A DNA stretch of 64,000 bases from positions 1 through 64,000 of the IMG/VR virus record IMGVR_UViG_3300030511_000001; one strand, given 5' to 3'. Below are positions 25,740-34,607 of the stretch, piece by piece. Under the pieces are notes generated by a model that did not search any database, was not told the origin of the DNA, and saw only the letters and a list, made by a program, of their open reading frames with translations. Made by a program: the position numbers and the translations under genes. Positions within the stretch are counted from its first letter, which is position 1, and every line of letters begins with the position of its first letter. Source of the DNA: a virus. Taxonomy: Duplodnaviria; Caudoviricetes.

Positions 25740-27535
25740 AAAAGCTGGCGATCGGCGACCCTGAACAGAACGGCGCGACTCTCCCCCTGAAGATGCTCGA
25801 GCTCCGAAGCGTGACGCTCGGCAGCTCGGGATCCGGCAAGACGACCGGCGGCCGCGTGCTCGCCGAGGAGTGTTACGAGCAGGGCGTGCCGTTCGGCGTG
25901 ATCGACCTCAAAGGCGACTGGTGGGGATTGAAGTCGAGCGCGGACGGCAAGTCAGCCGGCATCCCGGTCGTCATCTTCGGCGGCGATCATGCGGACCTTC
26001 CGCTCGACGAGCGCGGCGGCGCGGCGCTCGCTGAAATCGTCGTCGACATCCGGCAGCCGTTCATCATCGACCTGGAGAATCTGTCGCGCGCAAAGCAGTG
26101 CACGTTCCTCGCTGACTTCTTCGACCGTCTCTACGACGTGAACCGCGAACCGCTCGTGCTGTTCTGCGATGAGGTGGACCGATACGCGCCGCAGAAGTCG
26201 ATGACGGCGGAGGCCATCAAATCGCTCTCGGCGACGGAAGACCTTGCGAAGCGCGGCCGCAAGCACGGGATCTTCCCGAAGTTCATCACGCAGCGAAACG
26301 CCTCGCTGAACAAGAACGTGGCCGAGCTGTGCGACGTGGCGATGGTCTACCGCACCTCCGGGCCGAACGATCAGGAGGCGGTGTCGAATTGGTTCAAGAC
26401 GAAGGCGACGAAGGACCAGCTCACGAGCGTGATGGCCGTCCTCGCCGGCCTCGAGACCGGCACCGCCGTCGTGTGCAGCGCGCATCCGTCCGTGCGCACG
26501 TTCGAAACGATCGCGTTCCGCGAGCCCCGCACCTTCGACTCCTCGGCCACGCCGGAGATCGGCCGCACGGTCATCAAACCGAAGGCGATGGCTTCGGCGG
26601 ACCTCGACGCGCTGCGCGAGCGCATGGCCGCGACGATCGAGCGGATGAAGGAGAACGATCCGAAGGAGCTGCAGCGCCGAGTGAAGGAGCTCGAGGCCGC
26701 GGCGAAAAAGGCCGGCGGCATGCCGACCGAACAGCAGCGCGCTCTCCTCGAGGAAGCCCGCGCCGCCCGCGTGGCGGCTGAGCGAGAAGTTGAGCAGCTA
26801 CGCGCCAGCATCCGCGACCTGCGCGCGCGACTGAAGAACATCCGCGCGCACGCGGTGGCAATCGAGGAGGCGTCCGCGCTGGACGGTGAGGAGCCGAAAG
26901 CGGCCGCGCCACGCACGTTCTTCCTGAACGAGCAGCATGAGAGCCGTGGTCGGAAGTCGGCGCCGGCGCCGATCGTCCACAAGATGCCCGCCGCGAAGGT
27001 CGTGAAGGCGGCACCGCCGGCGGCGGTCTCGTCGAACGGTTTCCAGCCGAACGGTTCTCAGCAGCGAGTACTCGACGCGATCGCGTGGTGGGCGTCGATC
27101 GGCGTGCCGGAGCCGAGCCGTGCGGCCGTGGGCTTCGTCGCCAAGATCAAGCCGACCGGCGGCCACTTCAGCAACACCGTTGGACCGCTGAACACGCACG
27201 GCCTGACCTTCGCGCCGCGCGACGGCTTCATCGCGCTCACGCCCGCCGGCGAGGGGCATGCGAATCATCCGGACACGCCGCCGACGCTGGCCGAGTACCA
27301 CGCCGCCATCCGGTCGATTCTGAAGACGGGCGCGTCGATCAAGATGTTCGATGCGATCGTCGAGCACGGGCCCGGCGAAATGACCGTGGCCGAGGTGGGC
27401 GAGGCCACCAACATCGACCCCACCGGCGGGCACTTCAGCAACTCCATCGGCCCGCTCGGCACCCTCGGGATCATCACCCGAGGCGCCGGCATGGTGCGCC
27501 CGACCGAGCTGCTGTTCCCGCCGCACCTTTCGTGA
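25736..27535 (+). CDS. HerA/FtsK-superfamily ATPase with coiled coil and tandem C-terminal wHTH repeats
   Basis: LGSSGSGKT, VIDLKGDW, LFCDEVDRY, KRGRKHG, ITQR; two PTGGHFSN..GPL repeats. Confidence 0.8.
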   Translation: MKKLAIGDPEQNGATLPLKMLELRSVTLGSSGSGKTTGGRVLAEECYEQGVPFGVIDLKGDWWGLKSSADGKSAGIPVVIFGGDHADLPLDERGGAALAEIVVDIRQPFIIDLENLSRAKQCTFLADFFDRLYDVNREPLVLFCDEVDRYAPQKSMTAEAIKSLSATEDLAKRGRKHGIFPKFITQRNASLNKNVAELCDVAMVYRTSGPNDQEAVSNWFKTKATKDQLTSVMAVLAGLETGTAVVCSAHPSVRTFETIAFREPRTFDSSATPEIGRTVIKPKAMASADLDALRERMAATIERMKENDPKELQRRVKELEAAAKKAGGMPTEQQRALLEEARAARVAAEREVEQLRASIRDLRARLKNIRAHAVAIEEASALDGEEPKAAAPRTFFLNEQHESRGRKSAPAPIVHKMPAAKVVKAAPPAAVSSNGFQPNGSQQRVLDAIAWWASIGVPEPSRAAVGFVAKIKPTGGHFSNTVGPLNTHGLTFAPRDGFIALTPAGEGHANHPDTPPTLAEYHAAIRSILKTGASIKMFDAIVEHGPGEMTVAEVGEATNIDPTGGHFSNSIGPLGTLGIITRGAGMVRPTELLFPPHLS

Positions 27536-27546
27536 AGGCGACCGAC

Positions 27547-27849
27547 ATGACCCATTCCGCAACCTGCATCTCCTGCGAAGCGCCGCTCCCGGGCCCGCAT
27601 GTCGAGGGCTGCCCGATGTCGCTGTCGACCGGCGGCGCGAACATCCAACAGCCGCGCAACGTGTACCACGACGCGCAGCAGCGGTATCTCCACGATCCGC
27701 AGTTCCACGCAGCGTGCGAGACCATGGTGGCGATCGCGCTGCAGGGCGGCTTCACGCCTGGCGAGTTGCGGGACATCGCCTTCACTGCATCGCTGCTGAT
27801 CGAGCAACGGTATGCGCGGCCGTTTTTCGTGCAGAGGCGCCCGACGTGA
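27547..27849 (+). CDS. hypothetical protein
   Basis: CxxC...HxxGC N-terminus. Confidence 0.6.
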   Translation: MTHSATCISCEAPLPGPHVEGCPMSLSTGGANIQQPRNVYHDAQQRYLHDPQFHAACETMVAIALQGGFTPGELRDIAFTASLLIEQRYARPFFVQRRPT

Positions 27850-28127
27850 ACGGCATGATGCCGAAAGAACGGCTGGACCTCATACGTGCCCACGAAGGCG
27901 ACTACGGGCCCGTCCGCGAACTGCTCGACTACATCGACACGCTGCACAAGCGGCAGACGGCGCTCCACCGCCGGCTACAGAAGGCCGAGGGCGCCGCCGC
28001 GCGCGCGCAACGCAAGCCGATCGACACGTGGAGCTCGCGCGAGCGGCAGCAGGAGGCGGCAGAGCGCGATCGCGGTATGGCAGCCATCGGAAAGGCTGCC
28101 GCCCGCGAGAGGGAGCGCGACACGTGA
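27846..28127 (+). CDS. coiled-coil hypothetical protein
   Basis: GTGA overlap. Confidence 0.6.
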   Translation: MNGMMPKERLDLIRAHEGDYGPVRELLDYIDTLHKRQTALHRRLQKAEGAAARAQRKPIDTWSSRERQQEAAERDRGMAAIGKAAARERERDT

Positions 28128-28591
28128 GCCGATCGCCACGCCGCAAGGCGCTGAAGGCGCTGCGCCTCGAGCGAAAGCAGGTCCGCCGCGAGGGTGACGC
28201 ATACCGCGCGCAGCTCCTCCGCCAGATGAACGACTGGCTCGAGATGCACATGGCGGAGCTCCGCGAGGTGCGCGAGACGTTCGCGCCTCAATTGGAACGG
28301 CTCATCTCCGTTCGGATCGGCATGCCGCACAAGGTCGCGGTGCCGCACACCATCCCCAGGCATCGCGGGATCGACTCGGCGCCGGCAGTCGCGGAGGTGT
28401 TCAGCACGTATGACCTCGACACCCGCGAACTGCTGCGCCTCTGTATCGACATGCCGCGCGAGCTGATTCTCTACCTGTTCAACAAAGACGCTGAGTCCTG
28501 GCGCATCGCCGAACGCGAGCTGCAGCACGCCGCGACAAGGCTCGTGCGCGAACTGATGAAGATGGCCTTCACTGGGAGACTCGAGCAATGA
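28124..28591 (+). CDS. hypothetical protein
   Basis: GTGA overlap. Confidence 0.6.
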   Translation: MSRSPRRKALKALRLERKQVRREGDAYRAQLLRQMNDWLEMHMAELREVRETFAPQLERLISVRIGMPHKVAVPHTIPRHRGIDSAPAVAEVFSTYDLDTRELLRLCIDMPRELILYLFNKDAESWRIAERELQHAATRLVRELMKMAFTGRLEQ

Positions 28592-28752
28592 AACCCCTGC
28601 ACATCACAAAGATCGATCACGAGCACCGCGCCGATCCACGCATCCGCGGCATGTGCATCGGCTGCGAATGGCGAGGCCCGTGGCGCCGGTCGGCCGCCAA
28701 GGTCGACGAGGACCGGAAGCGCCACCACGACGAGATCACGGCGGCCACGTGA
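28588..28752 (+). CDS. small hypothetical protein (CxxCxWRG)
   Basis: 54 aa, below ORF-track cutoff; coupled overlaps. Confidence 0.55.
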   Translation: MKPLHITKIDHEHRADPRIRGMCIGCEWRGPWRRSAAKVDEDRKRHHDEITAAT

Positions 28753-29105
28753 TGAGCGATCCGACGACCGAACGCCGTTGCGACGACTGCTCGCAATGCG
28801 AGGGTGCGCGCATCCACCGCGACACCACGCTCCGGCACTTTCACCTCTTCTCGATTCCGCTGATGGAGCGGCCCGCGAGCGACTTTCCCGAGGGGTGGCC
28901 GCCGGGTTTTGAAGCGGTGATGTGTCCTCCTCGCCGGCACCTCGTGCAGACGGTCGTCGGCCAGCGCGCCGGCAAGCGCCGCGACGCCGAAGCCGCGCAG
29001 AAGGCGCACGAGCACGACATGGAGCTCATCAGGCGCCAGGCGTGGAAATGGGTGCAGGAGGAAGAGCAGCGAGAAGCCCAAGGCGACGCGCCGCTCGCGG
29101 ACTGA
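28752..29105 (+). CDS. hypothetical protein
   Basis: TGATG overlap, MSDPTTERRC... Confidence 0.6.
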   Translation: MSDPTTERRCDDCSQCEGARIHRDTTLRHFHLFSIPLMERPASDFPEGWPPGFEAVMCPPRRHLVQTVVGQRAGKRRDAEAAQKAHEHDMELIRRQAWKWVQEEEQREAQGDAPLAD

Positions 29106-29371
29106 TGGCGATCCGCACGCTGACCTTCGTGGCGATGAACAGCTTCGCCGTCTGGTGCGACACGTGCGCGGACGCGATCCCTTTCAGCGCGTTCGACGAC
29201 GTCGAGGTGATGAAGTCCGCGCTGCGCGTTCACGCGGCCGACGAGCACGGGCAAGACGTCGGCTTCTTCCGCGCGATCGCGCCAGGCGCAGACGCCGCCG
29301 AACTGCGCATCGAATTCGTCTGCGGTTCCCGTCGTCTGCGGCGGGCGTACCATAGGCGAAATGAACAGTGA
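29105..29371 (+). CDS. hypothetical protein
   Basis: TGATG overlap, CxxC...H. Confidence 0.6.
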   Translation: MAIRTLTFVAMNSFAVWCDTCADAIPFSAFDDVEVMKSALRVHAADEHGQDVGFFRAIAPGADAAELRIEFVCGSRRLRRAYHRRNEQ

Positions 29372-29627
29372 GGAATCGCGCCGCGCGGCCAACGCCGCGA
29401 TCGCTGCCGGTTCGGATGAGGAAGTCGACGCAGTCGTCGGCGGCGTCGTCCGGGGCGTGCGCGAGTTCGTCGCGCTCATTCGTTGCGGCCGCCGTGACTG
29501 CACGTACGCCGGCGAGCACATGATGCCGCTGCGCGATCGCATCCACGCAAGCGAGTGGATCGGGATGGCTGTGCTCCTGCATCCGACGACGCCGAACCTC
29601 CGCGTCGAGCTGCGCCGGTTGACGTAG
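29361..29627 (+). CDS. hypothetical protein
   Basis: 88 aa. Confidence 0.55.
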   Translation: MNSEESRRAANAAIAAGSDEEVDAVVGGVVRGVREFVALIRCGRRDCTYAGEHMMPLRDRIHASEWIGMAVLLHPTTPNLRVELRRLT

Positions 29628-29646
29628 ATTCGTCATTGCGTATAAT
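29619..29646 (+). promoter_or_regulatory. strong sigma70-type promoter
   Basis: TTGACG-16 nt-TATAAT, with TTCGTC motif variant. Confidence 0.8.
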
Positions 29647-29651
29647 GGCCC

Positions 29652-29736
29652 GCGCCGGCCCGGCTTCCCGCAAAGGTGGCGCGTTCCCGTTGCAAGACGC
29701 AGCGCGCAAAGCTGGCGCCGAACCCGAGGCCGGCGC
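29652..29736 (+). ncRNA. structured 5' leader of coiled-coil gene
   Basis: 9-bp closing stem GCGCCGGCC/GGCCGGCGC starting at predicted TSS; three GCAA-containing loops. Confidence 0.45.
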
Positions 29737-29754
29737 AAAATCGAAGGAGGAACG

Positions 29755-30303
29755 ATGGAACCGACGACCACCACCATCACCGAGGCGCTGGCCGAGGTGA
29801 AGCTGATCGGAAAGAAGATCGGCAAGAAACAGGAGTTCATCCTCACCTATCTGCTGCGCGGCGCGATGGTGAAAGACCCGCTCGAGAAGGACGGCGGTTC
29901 CGAGACGATCGTCGCTCGCGAGATGCAGGCGATTCGTGACCTCGAGGAGCGCGTCGTGAAGATTCGCACGGCGATCGCGCACGCGAACGCCACCGCGCAG
30001 CTCACGATCGGGACGACCACGCGCACCGTGTCGGAGTGGCTGACCTGGCGCCGCGACGTCGCGCCGATCGAGAAGAAGCTCCTCGGCGACATCGTGGCCC
30101 GCGTCAACGCCGCGCGTGAACAGGCGCGCCGCGCCACCGGGAAGCTCACGAGCGACGCCGCGGCGGCCGAACCGTCCGACATCCTCGTGAACCTCAGCGA
30201 AGTCGAGATCCAGACCCGCGTGGAGGCGATCGAGGAAGTGCTCGGCCGTCTCGACGGGTTGCTCTCCCTGCACAACGCTCGCACCACCATCACGCTCAAC
30301 TAG
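29755..30303 (+). CDS. DIP1984/DUF6847-like alpha-helical coiled-coil protein
   Basis: TITEALAE.K...KKI.KK...AI..AN....TI.....TVSEWL..R...LDGLLS..NA.T.I; GAAGGAGG RBS. Confidence 0.7.
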   Translation: MEPTTTTITEALAEVKLIGKKIGKKQEFILTYLLRGAMVKDPLEKDGGSETIVAREMQAIRDLEERVVKIRTAIAHANATAQLTIGTTTRTVSEWLTWRRDVAPIEKKLLGDIVARVNAAREQARRATGKLTSDAAAAEPSDILVNLSEVEIQTRVEAIEEVLGRLDGLLSLHNARTTITLN

Positions 30304-30311
30304 CTCAGGAT

Positions 30312-30589
30312 TGCCTTCGGCGGCGAAGTGAGAGAACGACAGCGGATCAAGGCGCCCTCGCCTTTCTCGGTCAGGGGGCACATGCTTGCGGAGCATGCGC
30401 AGCGGTTCAAACCCGCACGAGCTAACACGCTCAACGCTCAGAAGTTGAAAGGTACGAACGATGACAAGCTCAGTGCTCATGCTTCAAAGCTCGGTAAAAC
30501 CCGCCATTTGACTGGCCGCGGCGGAAACGTCGCGGAGGCGCCCACCGTTGCCGGCGCCTTCTCAGGTCGGCGGCTGCTGTTCGGAGGCA
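30312..30589 (+). ncRNA. candidate ~280-nt structured RNA (Y-RNA-like terminal stem, T-arm, heptamer repeats)
   Basis: 5' TGCCTTCGGCGGCG pairs with 3' TGCTGTTCGGAGGCA; GGCGAAG; GCGG-TTCAAAC-CCGC; A-rich NNGCTCA-like repeats; GAAA-capped hairpin. Confidence 0.6.
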
Positions 30590-30593
30590 TGTT

Positions 30594-31466
30594 TTGAGCG
30601 GGCGCGTCCTCGAGATGCGCACAAACGCGGAGGGCGGCGTCCGGATCATTGAGGATGCGAGCGTCGGCCCGCCGGATGTGGAGGATGTCGTACGCCGGTA
30701 CGGCATCCGCCCGACATCCATGGCGGTCTACTACGACGGCTCGGGCATCGCCAAAACAGAGCTGCACTTCGATCCGCCGGCGAGGCCGTTCACGCCCACG
30801 ATCCCCGGACGCTTTCAACCGCCGATCGGCCCGTCTCTCGCCGAGGCGATGGAGAACTTCGGCTCCGGAGTGCTCAACGGGTTGCGCACGCAGCTCCGCA
30901 ACGAACGGATGATCCGCAAGGCGTACGAGATGGGCGCGACCGTGCGATCGAACGCGAAGCCCGAGCAGTGGACGTGCGGCCGCTGCGTGCTCGACTGGCC
31001 CGACGAGTCGCCGGTCTGTCTGATGTGCGGCAACACCGCGGTTGCGCGGCATGTCCCGCCGCAGTCGATCCGTATCCCCGCGCTTCCGCCAATGGGTGAG
31101 ACGCGCGCCGTGCGCGTCGCGATCGACGGGAAAGTCGTGGGCGAGGTGCCGGTCGGCTCCTTTCTGGTGCTGAACGAAGGACCGACGCACGAACTGTCCG
31201 GCGTCACGATCGGCCACGGGTACGAGCTCGAGGCCGAGGAAGTCGCGCCGGCGCCGGTCTACGGCTTCGGCGTCTCGCCGGACGGTCTCACCGTGGATCC
31301 CGCACCGTTCGGAGCGTTGCCCGCGCCGCTGGCGAAGGCGAAGCCCGAGACGTGGGCCGAGAGTTACGAGACCATGTTCCGCATGCTCGGCAACGCTCGC
31401 GCCCTCGAGGCCATGGGCGTGCCGGAACCTTCACGCCCGTACCGACACACCTTCCGAGTGAGGTAG
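30594..31466 (+). CDS. hypothetical protein with internal Zn ribbon
   Basis: WTCGRC...CLMCG. Confidence 0.65.
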   Translation: MSGRVLEMRTNAEGGVRIIEDASVGPPDVEDVVRRYGIRPTSMAVYYDGSGIAKTELHFDPPARPFTPTIPGRFQPPIGPSLAEAMENFGSGVLNGLRTQLRNERMIRKAYEMGATVRSNAKPEQWTCGRCVLDWPDESPVCLMCGNTAVARHVPPQSIRIPALPPMGETRAVRVAIDGKVVGEVPVGSFLVLNEGPTHELSGVTIGHGYELEAEEVAPAPVYGFGVSPDGLTVDPAPFGALPAPLAKAKPETWAESYETMFRMLGNARALEAMGVPEPSRPYRHTFRVR

Positions 31467-31469
31467 CGC

Positions 31470-31820
31470 ATGCCGCTCGTCCGCGAGTTCGTCGTCACCC
31501 GCGACGCCGACAACCGAGTCACCGAATTGCTCGTGCGCTTCTACGGTGGCGGCGAAATCACCATTCCCACCACCGGCACGGCCGTCACCATGGGCCGGCT
31601 GTTCGCGAAGCCGCGCACGCTCGTCGACGTCGTGGCCTCGTTCCCGGCGGACGCACCGGACATCTCCGACGTCACGCTCACGGCGCTCTGCAGGTTTTGC
31701 CACCGGCCCGTGACCATCGGCGCGGACGTCACGAGCGTCGTCAATTCGCCGGTGTACTGCGCGCGGCCCGACTGCAAAGAGCTCGGGGAAGAGCTGGCGC
31801 GGCAGGCGGTCGCGGGGTGA
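31470..31820 (+). CDS. hypothetical protein with Cys motifs
   Basis: GAGG RBS; CRFC...CARPDC. Confidence 0.65.
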   Translation: MPLVREFVVTRDADNRVTELLVRFYGGGEITIPTTGTAVTMGRLFAKPRTLVDVVASFPADAPDISDVTLTALCRFCHRPVTIGADVTSVVNSPVYCARPDCKELGEELARQAVAG

Positions 31821-31825
31821 TCCGG

Positions 31826-32056
31826 ATGGACGATCGGCGCCTCTGCTCGCTCGCGCTGTGGCTCTACCACCTCGGCCTTGCGTGCTTGACGTGGGTGACG
31901 GGCTTCATGGCGATCGTCGCCGTGTCCGCGCTCTGGCGCGGTGGTGATGGCCCGATCGGCACGGGGCTCGTCGTCGTGGCGTGGCTCGTGACCGTCCTTC
32001 CGGCCTGGCGTGAGGTGATCGCTCTCCGGCGCGACCTGTTCAGGGCTCGGTCATGA
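31826..32056 (+). CDS. two-TM membrane protein
   Basis: hydrophobic 76 aa. Confidence 0.6.
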   Translation: MDDRRLCSLALWLYHLGLACLTWVTGFMAIVAVSALWRGGDGPIGTGLVVVAWLVTVLPAWREVIALRRDLFRARS

Positions 32057-32436
32057 GGGAGAAGAAGGGAGGCGACGGCCCCCTGACGCCGCCCGCGCGC
32101 CCTCACCGTAAATACGGTGCGAATTCGGTGACGGTGTTCCATCGGGATCGTCGGCAGCGTCGAGAGCTGATCTTCGACGAGGCGAAGTCGATCCCGGCCG
32201 AAGTCGTTGAGCGCGTGCGACATAACCTCGACGGAGGGGCAGAGCAGACGTGGAAGCCGCTCGGGCCGCGGCGGGGCGATGACTGGTTTGCTCGAGCGTT
32301 CGGCATGACGCCACCGCCAGCGGAGGGCCGCTGCCGCTACTGCGGGCGCTTCATGGCGCGCGACGAGGTGTATCCGCCGGAGTTCCCGCGGGAGTGCCCG
32401 CGCGCGCCGCTCGGCCGCTGCGTCGCCACCAACTGA
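32053..32436 (+). CDS. hypothetical protein
   Basis: ATGA overlap, CRYCG. Confidence 0.6.
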   Translation: MREKKGGDGPLTPPARPHRKYGANSVTVFHRDRRQRRELIFDEAKSIPAEVVERVRHNLDGGAEQTWKPLGPRRGDDWFARAFGMTPPPAEGRCRYCGRFMARDEVYPPEFPRECPRAPLGRCVATN

Positions 32437-32472
32437 CCGCCACTTTTCGCCGGCGCCAGTGTCTTCTAGAGC

Positions 32473-32691
32473 ATGGCAAAACCGACGAAAGAAACTGCCC
32501 CTCTGCCCACCGTCCGCCGTCGCCGCGAGGTTCAGGACCGCGGGATGAGCGACCTGGAACGGAAGCGCCGCCGTGAGCACGCGCGCCGCGAGCTGAGAGA
32601 CCATCAGCAGACGTGCGCGACGTGCAGCCCGCGCAAGCCGTGCAGCATCGCCCTCGCGCACGCGGACGCGATCGACCGCTACCGGGACTGA
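32473..32691 (+). CDS. small basic Zn-finger-like protein
   Basis: HQQTCATC...C. Confidence 0.55.
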   Translation: MAKPTKETAPLPTVRRRREVQDRGMSDLERKRRREHARRELRDHQQTCATCSPRKPCSIALAHADAIDRYRD

Positions 32692-32712
32692 CCTTCCGCC
32701 GCTGTAGTCGCT

Positions 32713-32752
32713 GGCCCGCCGGGATTGGAGACCTCGGCGGGCCGTTCGTTTT
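32713..32752 (+). terminator. intrinsic terminator
   Basis: GGCCCGCCG/CGGCGGGCC stem, T-rich tail. Confidence 0.7.
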
Positions 32753-32757
32753 GCCCC

Positions 32758-32786
32758 TTGACAATGCTTACCGGTTAGCATACATT
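32758..32786 (+). promoter_or_regulatory. promoter with 18-bp palindromic operator, copy C
   Basis: TTGACA-17-TACATT; palindrome 32764-32781. Confidence 0.9.
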
Positions 32787-32792
32787 GTGAGC

Positions 32793-33152
32793 ATGGAAAC
32801 GACGAACGCAGTAGCGCAGCCCTCCTCCCACGCCATCCCGACCGCTCCCGTGCGCATCGTGAAGCGTTGCGCGTCCACCATCGCGGTCGGCGATCAGATC
32901 ATGCCGCCGGCGCGCGAACTGCGCCTCTGGCTCCGCCGCAATCTCGCCGAGAAGGGCATGACCGAGGCCGAGGCCATCATGACCGTGACGGAGGTGAAGC
33001 AAGGCGCCCCGGACAAGCGCGGCCCGTGGCTCCTCGTCACGGCCTTCATGCCCGATGCGTGGTATGCCGAGTGCCCGAGCGGCCCGTACCCGTGGACGTT
33101 CCACATCCGCCCTGACACGCTGTGGCCGGTGGTCGTCGGAGGTGCGCGGTGA
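32793..33152 (+). CDS. hypothetical protein, leaderless
   Basis: METTNA start 6 nt after TACATT. Confidence 0.75.
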   Translation: METTNAVAQPSSHAIPTAPVRIVKRCASTIAVGDQIMPPARELRLWLRRNLAEKGMTEAEAIMTVTEVKQGAPDKRGPWLLVTAFMPDAWYAECPSGPYPWTFHIRPDTLWPVVVGGAR

Positions 33153-33295
33153 ACGCGCCGAAGATGGTCCCCGTCTACCGCGGCAAGCGCGCGCGAACGC
33201 TCGTCGGACACCTGCTGATGTTCTGGTGCAACTCGGCGGGCCGGTACGTGAGCATTCCGGGCGCCTCCTACTTCGTGCCGGCGGTGCAGCAGTGA
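33149..33295 (+). CDS. small hypothetical protein
   Basis: 48 aa, GTGA overlaps on both ends, GGAGG RBS. Confidence 0.5.
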   Translation: MNAPKMVPVYRGKRARTLVGHLLMFWCNSAGRYVSIPGASYFVPAVQQ

Positions 33296-33498
33296 GCGCC
33301 CCGAAGCACGTTCGCACGCACCGCTTCGACGCCGACACGCTCTACGTGCAGGACACGGGGATCATCAAGTGCGGCGCCCACGTCGGAACGGAAGCCACGT
33401 ACACGCCCGAGCGGTGGGACGCCCTGACGTCCGCCGAGATCGAGAAGATGGAGCTCGCGTGCGAGGACACGCGCTGCGCTAGGAAGGAACGGAGCTGA
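33292..33498 (+). CDS. hypothetical protein
   Basis: GTGA overlap. Confidence 0.55.
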   Translation: MSAPKHVRTHRFDADTLYVQDTGIIKCGAHVGTEATYTPERWDALTSAEIEKMELACEDTRCARKERS

Positions 33499-33500
33499 CC

Positions 33501-33779
33501 ATGAACCTCTACGCGCCCAACGGCAAGATCATCAACGGCACGCTCGAGCGTCTTGAAGGCGTCGCCATCATCGACGAAGTCGTGACGCTCGGCGACGGGC
33601 CCCTCCTCCCCGCCGACGCGATCAAGTGGGAAGGCATAACGGAGATCGACTGGGACTCGCAGAAGACGGCGACGGCGCAGGAGTCCGGCCGCATTTTCGT
33701 CGACGAGGAGGGCGGACGCTGGCCCGAGTCAGCGGTCGTCCGTGCTACGCGCGAGCGCATCGCAGGAGGCCACCAGTGA
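33501..33779 (+). CDS. conserved hypothetical protein
   Basis: APNG..I.GTLE.L.G...WEG.TEIDWDSQKT...FVDE.G..WPE pattern. Confidence 0.75.
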   Translation: MNLYAPNGKIINGTLERLEGVAIIDEVVTLGDGPLLPADAIKWEGITEIDWDSQKTATAQESGRIFVDEEGGRWPESAVVRATRERIAGGHQ

Positions 33780-34123
33780 AGGAGTTCAGCGTCCCCGTCA
33801 TCTTCACCGTCGACCGCGGCGTCGAGCACCAGGACGAGGCGAACCGCCGCGTCATCGCCGCCCTCGGCGCCACCATCGGCAACGGCCTGGCCGACGACGA
33901 CGGCATCGACTGGCGCGTCGCGAAAAGCGTCTCCATGGAGGGTGATGGCGTCCTTGTCGCCAAGGTCACGACGCCGGCGGAACTGATCGAAGCGTTGGAC
34001 GGCCTGCACACGCTCGCACTCGACAAGCTGCCGGACACGGTCGTTGCGCCGTTCGTCGATCTGCTCGAGCGCACGATCCGCGAAGCGTTGCAACTCGCGG
34101 CGATCAAGAGGCCGACGTCATGA
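33776..34123 (+). CDS. hypothetical protein
   Basis: GTGA overlap, GGAGG RBS. Confidence 0.6.
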   Translation: MKEFSVPVIFTVDRGVEHQDEANRRVIAALGATIGNGLADDDGIDWRVAKSVSMEGDGVLVAKVTTPAELIEALDGLHTLALDKLPDTVVAPFVDLLERTIREALQLAAIKRPTS

Positions 34124-34383
34124 GCGACCCGCGCAACCCGAAGCGACCGGAAGGCCCGGAGGGCGACTCCTGGGCCATTTGCCGCGGCTGCATGCGCGGC
34201 GCACCGCACGTGCGCGACATCCGCCACAAAAAGCATTGCCGCGGCCGCGCTCTGCCAGAGCTCACGGTGTTCACGGTCGACGACGTCGACATGCCCGACG
34301 CGCTGAAGCCCGAGCACGCGCTGAAGCCCGACACGCTGCGCCGCATCGCCGAGGGCATCCGCCGATACAGGGGGCGTCTCTGA
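34120..34383 (+). CDS. hypothetical protein
   Basis: ATGA overlap, CRGC. Confidence 0.6.
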   Translation: MSDPRNPKRPEGPEGDSWAICRGCMRGAPHVRDIRHKKHCRGRALPELTVFTVDDVDMPDALKPEHALKPDTLRRIAEGIRRYRGRL

Positions 34384-34607
34384 TGCTGCCGCCGCTCCGC
34401 GATCTCATCGCCGGCGCCGTCGAGGACGCAGCGCGCTACCGGCAGCATGCGAAGGCCGCGCGACAGCTCGCGCGCACCACGCGCAACCCCGTCGAGCGGA
34501 TCATGGCGCGCGGCCGTGTCGCCGAGTACGTGGCCGAGGCGAAGAAGCGCGACGCCTACGCCGCGGAGCTGCGTGCGCAGGCCGGGAAGGGAAAGGCGAG
34601 GCGGTGA
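34383..34607 (+). CDS. small helical protein
   Basis: TGATG overlap. Confidence 0.6.
   Translation: MLPPLRDLIAGAVEDAARYRQHAKAARQLARTTRNPVERIMARGRVAEYVAEAKKRDAYAAELRAQAGKGKARR

Noticed and set aside
30328-30597. 89-aa ORF over the candidate ncRNA
   Set aside because: GTG start without RBS, atypical composition; stems and repeats are better explained as RNA, though not excluded
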